From positions 1-49,091 of the forward strand of contig CALCOP010000126.1 of NCBI GenBank assembly GCA_937897365.1: DNA of 49,091 nt, written 5' to 3'. Positions 1 to 6,633 of the stretch are shown here, piece by piece. The DNA is from an uncultured euryarchaeote. Its GTDB lineage: Archaea > Thermoplasmatota > Poseidoniia > Poseidoniales > Poseidoniaceae. Position 1 is the first letter of the stretch, and the number at the start of each line of letters is the position of its first letter. Under the pieces are notes generated by a model. The model saw nothing but the letters and a program-made list of their open reading frames with translations. It was not told the DNA's origin and made no database searches. The position numbers were made by a program, and so were the translations under genes.

Positions 1-36
1 GGATGAATTAAGAAAGGAGAAAGCTAAGGCCACTTC

Positions 37-699
37 ATGCCTCTTCTTGCACAATGGGTCCGTCAAAGGCCATGGTTGTCCGCAGGAATAGCTGGTGCTG
101 CTGGAGGAGTGGTAGGGCTTGCAAGTGGCGTTGCAGCCGCAGCTTCAGCAGTCGGTGCCTTTGCCATAGGCAGTGTATCTACGAAAGCAAGGTCACATGA
201 ACACCCTTTACGCCAAAGAATTCTCTCGACTCTGGAACACCATCCAGGTTTGTGCTATCGGGAGTTACAATCGGCCCTTAACGCCGCTAACGGAACCCTT
301 CGCCATCACTTGGATGTATTACAGAGTCGTCGCAGTGTGACGGTCTTACCGGTAAATGGGCGAACATGCTATTTTGCTGGAGCCCCGAGTCAAGTCGAAA
401 TTCTCAGGGGTATTTGTGTTGATGAACAACGTGCTGCTTCTGCTCTACCAATCGGGCTATCACTTGTTCAAAAGTTGATTATTGAAGACATCAAAAAAGA
501 AGGTGTTCCCCGTTCACAGGCATCACTTGCCCGACGTATTGGCCGTTCGCGCGCATCGGTTCATTCTGCTGTAAAGGTACTTCGCAGAAGAGGCATACTT
601 CGCGAAGACCGGATTGAGATGATGCCACACATTGACATGGAAATTGAATGGCATGGAACAAAGGGCATCGATTATGATTGGCAAGACGAGAGAAGATAA
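37..699 (+). CDS. Membrane-anchored transcriptional regulator with two winged-helix HTH domains (ArsR/MarR-like)
   Basis: Complete ORF, with an in-frame stop at 4-6 upstream. N-terminal Gly/Ala-rich hydrophobic segment WLSAGIAGAAGGVVGLASGVAAAASAVGAFAIGSV. ArsR-like wHTH RQRILSTLEHHPGLCYRELQSALNAANGTLRHHLDVLQS. Second HTH SQASLARRIGRSRASVHSAVKVLRRRGIL. Confidence 0.6.
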   Translation: MPLLAQWVRQRPWLSAGIAGAAGGVVGLASGVAAAASAVGAFAIGSVSTKARSHEHPLRQRILSTLEHHPGLCYRELQSALNAANGTLRHHLDVLQSRRSVTVLPVNGRTCYFAGAPSQVEILRGICVDEQRAASALPIGLSLVQKLIIEDIKKEGVPRSQASLARRIGRSRASVHSAVKVLRRRGILREDRIEMMPHIDMEIEWHGTKGIDYDWQDERR

Positions 700-778
700 A
701 TTCTCTATTTTTCGGCTCTTGAGAGACAAATAATGCATAGCCTTCAAAGACCTTCGCCAGAAGCAAAAACTGGGTATC

Positions 779-1888
779 ATGTTTAGCGTTCGATTAACCG
801 AGGTAGCCTTACCAACCAGCGAGCGTGAAATCGACAACCTTGTTGGTTGGTTTATCGACACACTGAGCCTTGTTCGCAAACGTGGAGAGGCCACTGCCGA
901 TCAAGGAACTGCCGGCCCAGTTCACCGGTTGTTGAGGGACTATCTTTTCGCTCAACCGGATATCAGTTGGGATGCACAGATGTTAGCAGATGAATTAGCC
1001 TTGACACCTGCTTCTTTGAATCACCACCTCACTCGGCTTGTTGAGGCCGGAATAATCGGTTTTTCCAATGAAGGTAAAGGATGGAGAAGATATTTTCTAA
1101 GAGGGGGGTCGCTGGGAAACGCCGTTGAATTTTTTAGCCTCCAGTGCGAAACAATTGTCAAACAACGAATGACTATGCTCGATTCACTTTGGAATCGAGA
1201 AAATCCAAACCTTGGCAATGAGCCAGTTGTAAGCGATAAACCAGCCCTTTGCATAGGCATTGTTGACCATCGGCCTTTGTTGCCGGGGAGTAAAGAAAAT
1301 CTCCTCTCCCAATGGATGGGCGACTTTGGACTACTTGGTGAAAGGCCTGGGAAAGAGGCAAACGCTGAATCCATCTCGGTACAATTATTTCAATTACTCC
1401 TCAACAGAAACGTACCACTTTCATTAGATGAAGCAAGTGAACTTCTCGGTGAACAAAAACCCCGTCTTGGTAGAATCCTTGAGCGTTTTCGTGCGACGGG
1501 GATGGTTCAACGAGTTCCAAGAATCGACCGATTGAATGTAACACTTTGGACCGCAATGACCACTCAGTATCAACGACGAGGTGAAGACTGGATGTTGAAA
1601 AAAGGTGGTTTTCAAAGAATACTCAACACAAAACAACAATCATCGATACTCTCAAGCTTGAAAAAAGGAAAATTGAAAGTCGAAGATATTGAAAAATATA
1701 CGCAAGGCATTTCAACCGATGAACAAATGCTCTTACTCAATCTGTTAGGAGGACGTCTACCATTAGGCCATCGTATGGCGGGCTACAGTTCAGGAGAAGT
1801 TCACAGAGAGATTGCTGCAAGAATAGACAGAACCCTACGAAGAATGCGAAGAGTTGCTCAGTTACTTGAGCAAGCAATGGTTTCCTAA
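779..1888 (+). CDS. Double winged-helix (ArsR-type) transcriptional regulator
   Basis: ATG ORF of 369 aa. wHTH MLADELALTPASLNHHLTRLVEAGIIGFSNEGKGWRRYFL and second wHTH LSLDEASELLGEQKPRLGRILERFRATGMVQRV. TATA-like AAATAATG at 728-735, about 43 nt upstream. Confidence 0.6.
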   Translation: MFSVRLTEVALPTSEREIDNLVGWFIDTLSLVRKRGEATADQGTAGPVHRLLRDYLFAQPDISWDAQMLADELALTPASLNHHLTRLVEAGIIGFSNEGKGWRRYFLRGGSLGNAVEFFSLQCETIVKQRMTMLDSLWNRENPNLGNEPVVSDKPALCIGIVDHRPLLPGSKENLLSQWMGDFGLLGERPGKEANAESISVQLFQLLLNRNVPLSLDEASELLGEQKPRLGRILERFRATGMVQRVPRIDRLNVTLWTAMTTQYQRRGEDWMLKKGGFQRILNTKQQSSILSSLKKGKLKVEDIEKYTQGISTDEQMLLLNLLGGRLPLGHRMAGYSSGEVHREIAARIDRTLRRMRRVAQLLEQAMVS

Positions 1889-1946
1889 GAGGTCATGAAA
1901 TACAAGGAACAGCCAATCCTTGAAAAACAAAGATTCTGAGGCTTTG

Positions 1947-2984
1947 ATGATGAGCGAACACATCGGGGCAAAACCAGGAGCTTGGGAGGGTGAGGCCCGA
2001 CCGCTTTTCCTTGCACCGATGGCAGGTGTTTCCGACCTACCCTTTCGATTACTGGCCAAAGACTGTGGAGCGGATGTCACCATCACTGAATTTACCAACA
2101 GCACCGCACTTACTCGCGAGGCAGCAATGTCTTGGAGGAAAATGGAGTCGCACGCAACAGAAATTCCGTTCATACCCCAAATCTTTGGCGGGGATGCAGG
2201 AGATATGGCCACGGCCGCAGAGATGTTAGCGCCGAGCGCCGATATTATCGATCTCAATTTTGGTTGCCCGGCACCAAAGGTTACCAAAATCTGTGCGGGT
2301 GCAGCCTTAATGGGTGAACCAGAAAATCTCGTATCGATGGTTGATGGAATAATTCAACGCATTGACATTCCCGTAACCGCAAAGATGCGATTGGGTACGG
2401 GCCAAGGTGCAAACAATGCTCTCGACATTTGCAAAGAACTCGAAAATATTGGAACATCTCGGCTGTGTGTCCATGGGCGCACGCTCCGTCAACGATATTC
2501 TGGGGAAGCAGATTGGAATTCTATACGTGATATCGTCGATGGAGTAGAAGTGCCTGTTGTTGCCAATGGAGATGTTGTAGATTCAAAGAGTGCTCAATTG
2601 TGTTTGGAAACCACAGGTGCTGCAGGGCTCATGATTGGCCGTGGCGCAATAGGACGACCGGCGATATTTGGAGAGATTAAGGTCGGATTGGGATGGATGA
2701 AAGAAGAGGATTTACCTTGGATAAGAGACATGGGTGAGGACTGGTATCAGCGGTCTGAAATCGGTCGTGCTTTTGCAACACGAAAGTGGTGCTGGGACAA
2801 ATACATCGAGTATTCACATATGACAATGGGCCTTCAACCACGCTGGATGCAACGCCATGCGGTAGCCTTCACCAAGGGTTTACCGGGTGCAAAAAAAATT
2901 CGTCACATGATGCACGGAGCACCCACGCCTGAAGATTTTGCACATGGCATATCCGACTATTTATCCGCAAATTCAACTGAATAG
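1947..2984 (+). CDS. tRNA-dihydrouridine synthase (Dus family, FMN TIM barrel)
   Basis: Dus signature LAPMAGVSDLPFRLLAKDCGADVTITEF, plus DLNFGCPAPKV, KMRLG, VHGRT and MIGRGAIGRPAIF. The ORF track starts at TTG 1920. The first ATG pair is at 1947/1950. Confidence 0.85.
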   Translation: MMSEHIGAKPGAWEGEARPLFLAPMAGVSDLPFRLLAKDCGADVTITEFTNSTALTREAAMSWRKMESHATEIPFIPQIFGGDAGDMATAAEMLAPSADIIDLNFGCPAPKVTKICAGAALMGEPENLVSMVDGIIQRIDIPVTAKMRLGTGQGANNALDICKELENIGTSRLCVHGRTLRQRYSGEADWNSIRDIVDGVEVPVVANGDVVDSKSAQLCLETTGAAGLMIGRGAIGRPAIFGEIKVGLGWMKEEDLPWIRDMGEDWYQRSEIGRAFATRKWCWDKYIEYSHMTMGLQPRWMQRHAVAFTKGLPGAKKIRHMMHGAPTPEDFAHGISDYLSANSTE

Positions 2985-2990
2985 ATTCGA

Positions 2991-3884
2991 TTACAGAAGT
3001 TCAAACGGTGAGGAAGCCAGCTTTTTAGCGGCATCAGCACCGTCGATACAAGCGAGATAATCTCCGTTCGGAATTGGCTGGGTGGAATCCTGTTCCATGA
3101 TTTTTCCGTTCAAATCAATAATTTGGTATCCAGAATCAAACAAAATTTGGAAAACTTCTTCGGAAGTTCGTTGAATGGATTTCAAAATAGTTTCTTGCAG
3201 TTCAAATAAAATATAATCAATCTTTTTCTTCTTCAAAATCGAAGATGAGCCCGACAGGACATCTGATTCAAATCCTTCGACATCAATTTTGAGAAAATGA
3301 ATTCGTTCAAGTTTGAGTTCTTCAAAAACAGCATCCATCGTTCGAACATCAACGAGAATCTTATCCACAGTTGGGCTGTTATCTACATCGCCAAGCGAGT
3401 GATGACCGTGAAAACTTTTGACGTATAATTCCATTTGAGTTTCTTCTTTTCCAAGTGCATAGCGATGAAGTGTGATGTTGGGGTTATTTCTTAATTCCAT
3501 CTGAGATTGAATGGTAGAAATGTTCACTGGGTGGGGTTCGAAAGCGTGGACTTGGTGACAGCGTTCAGCAAACCAGTGACAAACAACTCCCATGTTCGCT
3601 CCAACATCAAAGACGATACTTTTCTTATCAATCAGGGGTTGAATCCTATCAAGCCAAGGTACAGCATCACAGGCTTTGCCTGACATCAAACTCCAGTCAA
3701 GGCGTTCACCATAATTCAAAATTCGCATAAGACCACGTTCCTTGTCGTGTACGAACAGTTGTAAATCACTGCTTGCTATTTTTCGATCAAGCATTGGGTA
3801 GAAAACAAAACGATCAAACAGTCGCTTGGGGGTTCGAAGAGCGTAAAGGAACGCTCGAACGGGGAAACTTCGATTTTTTCTCAT
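2991..3884 (-). CDS. FkbM-family SAM-dependent methyltransferase
   Basis: Motifs FDVGANMGVVCHWFAERCHQVHAFEP and FLKIDVEGFESDVLSG are typical of the FkbM family. The ORF track begins at TTG 3893. The first ATG is at 3884 and sits about 20 nt downstream of a TATA-like box. Confidence 0.75.
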   Translation of the reverse strand: MRKNRSFPVRAFLYALRTPKRLFDRFVFYPMLDRKIASSDLQLFVHDKERGLMRILNYGERLDWSLMSGKACDAVPWLDRIQPLIDKKSIVFDVGANMGVVCHWFAERCHQVHAFEPHPVNISTIQSQMELRNNPNITLHRYALGKEETQMELYVKSFHGHHSLGDVDNSPTVDKILVDVRTMDAVFEELKLERIHFLKIDVEGFESDVLSGSSSILKKKKIDYILFELQETILKSIQRTSEEVFQILFDSGYQIIDLNGKIMEQDSTQPIPNGDYLACIDGADAAKKLASSPFELL

Positions 3885-3904
3885 CTTTGACAAAAAAATC
3901 CCCC

Positions 3905-3913
3905 TTAGTATAT
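3905..3913 (-). promoter_or_regulatory. Candidate archaeal TATA box for the FkbM methyltransferase gene (leaderless spacing)
   Basis: The minus strand reads CCATATACTAAGGGGGATTTTTTTGTCAAAGATG. The box ATATACTAA lies at about -29..-21 relative to ATG 3884. Confidence 0.3.
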
Positions 3914-3966
3914 GGCAACGCTTACTTGTTTATCAGTTACATCAACAAAAGCGTTGAACAAAAGTT

Positions 3967-3981
3967 AGAGCAATACGCTCT
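3967..3981 (-). terminator. Stem-loop followed by T-rich tracts downstream of rps2
   Basis: AGAGC-5 nt loop-GCTCT begins 8 nt after the rps2 stop. On the minus strand it is followed by CTTTTGTT...CTTTTGTTG. Confidence 0.3.
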
Positions 3982-3989
3982 GGAGGACT

Positions 3990-4598
3990 TCAAAATGTGG
4001 ATTGCCATTCTTCCAGATCTTGGGAAGCAGCCCAATCTTCATCGGTCATCTTGCCCCGAACCTTGAGAACTTCACGAGCGAGAAGCCAATAAACCAAAGC
4101 AAGGGAACGACGACCTTTGTTATTTGCAGGAAGCGCAACATCGACGTTACGGAGATTGTTATTTGCGTCAACAATACCCACGATTGGCAAACCTGAGTTC
4201 ACTGCTTCACGTAGTGCTTGTTGGTCAGCGGCTGGATCGGTTACGAACAAAACATCAGGCTCGACATAAGAACGAAGAACAGGGTTTGTCAGTGAGCCGG
4301 GAATGAATCTTCCAACAGCCGCATTCGCTCCAATGGCTTCTGAGAAGAGCCGAGCCGGGCGTTGGCCGTATTGACGAGCAGAAACAACCATGATTCGAGC
4401 AGGGTCATACTTGTTGAGGAACTCGGCAATTGAGCGTATTCGAGAGTCAGTCATGTTAACATCCAAGAGATACAATCCATCTTCACGAACACGTTCGATG
4501 AAGCGTGCCATATCGGCACTCTTTTGCTGAGTACCAATGTTGACAGCATTCTCTTCATAGGATTCGAAGGGCAAGAGTAAGTTCATTTCCTCGGACAT
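3990..4598 (-). CDS. rps2: 30S ribosomal protein uS2 (archaeal type)
   Basis: 202 aa. IGTQQKSADMARFIERVREDGLYLLDVNMTDSRI...VSARQYGQRPA...GRFIPGSLTNP...DPAADQQALREA...IPIVGIVDAN matches archaeal S2. ATG at 4598 is preceded by GAGG. Confidence 0.9.
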   Translation of the reverse strand: MSEEMNLLLPFESYEENAVNIGTQQKSADMARFIERVREDGLYLLDVNMTDSRIRSIAEFLNKYDPARIMVVSARQYGQRPARLFSEAIGANAAVGRFIPGSLTNPVLRSYVEPDVLFVTDPAADQQALREAVNSGLPIVGIVDANNNLRNVDVALPANNKGRRSLALVYWLLAREVLKVRGKMTDEDWAASQDLEEWQSTF

Positions 4599-4632
4599 GG
4601 TGTTTCCTCAGCATTCGTCCGACTTGGACTCC

Positions 4633-4640
4633 ATATTAAA
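4633..4640 (-). promoter_or_regulatory. Candidate TATA box for rps2
   Basis: The minus strand reads TTTAATAT, 34 nt upstream of the rps2 ATG, inside the 159-bp divergent intergenic region. Confidence 0.3.
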
Positions 4641-4757
4641 CCGCTTCGTAGAGGAGCGGAATGATTTTTTCTTGATGCTCGAGGTGATTTAGGCGGGCTT
4701 ACCATCAAAGAACTCAAAACCTGAGGCATGCCTGTAGACGCATTGGGGGGGTGAGAT

Positions 4758-5936
4758 ATGGGGTTGGTTTCAAGTGGGGATGCGTTACTGAACGCCACTC
4801 TTTCAGAAGACGGGACCTGGCGTGATGCACAGGGAATCGCACTTCCAGTGAGTGCAAGTGATTTGGAACGCTACGAATATTGTCCACTGTCTTGGTCGTT
4901 ATCACGGCAAGGTAATTCTGGCCAGGGTGAAGCCATCGTCGCAGGAATCAAAAGACATGCTCTCATTCATGAAAAAATGAAAGATTTTCAATTCATTCAA
5001 ACGCAAATGCGCCGTTCAGTTACAATTTGGACATGGTGGTTCTCAGTTATCATCGCCTTGACCGTCGATGCCATCGCTTTCAGTTTCATAGATGAAGTGA
5101 CAACACCGTTACTCATGGCCCGATATCTCGCAATGTGGGGGGTCGCAATGCTTATTGTAGGTTCCATAGCGATTTCAGTACCTTGGCGTTCATGGGTCGG
5201 TTTACGAGAAACAATTCCTCGACAAAAAACTAAATTTTTATCTCAAAACAATGATTTTACTCACTTCTGGGAACCGAAAGGCTTCATTGGAGGATGGTTT
5301 GAGGCTGGGCGAGTTGAAGCAAGTCTACTTTTTGGTTCGATCGTACTCGGATTACACGCAATCGCTCTTGCGGGCGCCGATGATCGCAGTCAAGCAACAT
5401 TCATTCTTTTCATCACTGCGATGGCCTGGACATTGGCAGCCTCATGGCAACTCCAACGAATGTTATTATCCGAAAATGCCCTTAGTTCGATGAAAAGTGA
5501 CGTCGGCTTCGAGGCTGAAGATGAAGTGGCTTATTCCGATGGAGATACGACTTCTGACCTCCTGGTTGATCAAGAACTTGGTCTGCGTGGAAAACCTGAC
5601 CAGATTGTCATTGTCGATGGAGAGTTTATTCCGGTCGAACAAAAGACGGGGCGGGTTCCCAAAAACCCTCATCCATCACATCGAATGCAATTACTCGCCT
5701 ATCTTCATCTTGTTGAAAAAAATACCAACAAAAGCTCGCCATACGGTGTCCTACGTTACGGAGAAAAAGACCTTCACCAAATACCCTGGAACGATGTTGC
5801 AAAACAGGAACTGAGAGGTGCTGTTCAAGAAATTCAACGCTTAATGGTCCAAGGAGGGGCATCTCGAAATCATCATCGCCCAGGCAAGTGCAGAAGCTGT
5901 TCACGACTGTATGCCTGCAGTGACTCTCTTTCTTGA
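4758..5936 (+). CDS. Cas4-family (DUF83) PD-(D/E)XK Fe-S nuclease with a four-helix transmembrane insertion
   Basis: N-terminal LERYEYCPLSW (Cys42) and GIKRHALIHE. Four hydrophobic helices at about aa 88-231. Nuclease core GKPDQIVIV (D281), PVEQKTG (E294, K296) and QLLAY (QxxxY). C-terminal CRSCSRLYAC (C378, C381, C387). GGGGGGTGA sits just upstream of the ATG. Confidence 0.7.
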   Translation: MGLVSSGDALLNATLSEDGTWRDAQGIALPVSASDLERYEYCPLSWSLSRQGNSGQGEAIVAGIKRHALIHEKMKDFQFIQTQMRRSVTIWTWWFSVIIALTVDAIAFSFIDEVTTPLLMARYLAMWGVAMLIVGSIAISVPWRSWVGLRETIPRQKTKFLSQNNDFTHFWEPKGFIGGWFEAGRVEASLLFGSIVLGLHAIALAGADDRSQATFILFITAMAWTLAASWQLQRMLLSENALSSMKSDVGFEAEDEVAYSDGDTTSDLLVDQELGLRGKPDQIVIVDGEFIPVEQKTGRVPKNPHPSHRMQLLAYLHLVEKNTNKSSPYGVLRYGEKDLHQIPWNDVAKQELRGAVQEIQRLMVQGGASRNHHRPGKCRSCSRLYACSDSLS

Positions 5937-6488
5937 TTAGATACAGTCGGTTTCAAGAGGATATTGGATACACGTACGCTTGAGTGTAATATCGATTCGA
6001 ACGAAATCTTGGACGGCAGCGGTTGCGGTTCCTGCACCGCGAGCAGAAATAATGAGATTCCAATTCCCAGTTTCAAATCCTGAAGTATCGGGTAGAATTT
6101 CATTCGTGATAGGGTCTTGTGAAACACACTCATCAATTTCCCAAACCGTCTGTCCACTGGGAGTCTGTAACTCAGCACGGACGTATCGAGTGAAGTTCTC
6201 AAAACAACCCACAGTCTCTGAAGCAGTAAATCTCGTGTGCCGCCACATGATTAATTCCGAAACGGTTTCGTCCACATAAAAAGTGGTTGAGTTTTCGTAT
6301 ACTTCCCATTCAGTTGGGTTGGTGAATACTTTTTCCAGCTTGAGAACGATTGTCTCAGACTTGGGGTCAGGCTGGCCGCGTAAATGTTCAATGCCCTCAC
6401 GGGCTTGAAGAAGCCCCAAACATCCAGGGCTACTGCTGAGAAGAAAAATCATTACCATGAGGATTGGCATACACCAACTCTTCTTCAT
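5937..6488 (-). CDS. Small secreted protein or lipoprotein, unknown function
   Basis: Probable start at MKKSWCMPILMVMIFLLSSSPGC (signal peptide with a Cys). A beta-rich mature part with several Cys follows. The ORF track extends to 6530. Its stop abuts the stop of the Cas4-like gene. Confidence 0.5.
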   Translation of the reverse strand: MKKSWCMPILMVMIFLLSSSPGCLGLLQAREGIEHLRGQPDPKSETIVLKLEKVFTNPTEWEVYENSTTFYVDETVSELIMWRHTRFTASETVGCFENFTRYVRAELQTPSGQTVWEIDECVSQDPITNEILPDTSGFETGNWNLIISARGAGTATAAVQDFVRIDITLKRTCIQYPLETDCI

Positions 6489-6633
6489 GGACAGGCTAAG
6501 TCTCACCCACATATCAATCCAATGTTGCATGATACAAGGGTTTGATACCTTAGAGTCTTAGCGGTGTTTGTCCGAATGACGCTAGCGGTTGCCGAGCAAA
6601 AGCAATGACGAACCCTATGAAAGCCGACGGACA

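Noticed and set aside
3535-3542. GGTTCGAA T-loop-like strings (also at 26303-26310)
   Set aside because: Both lie inside long, well-supported coding frames, and the flanks cannot form acceptor or anticodon stems.
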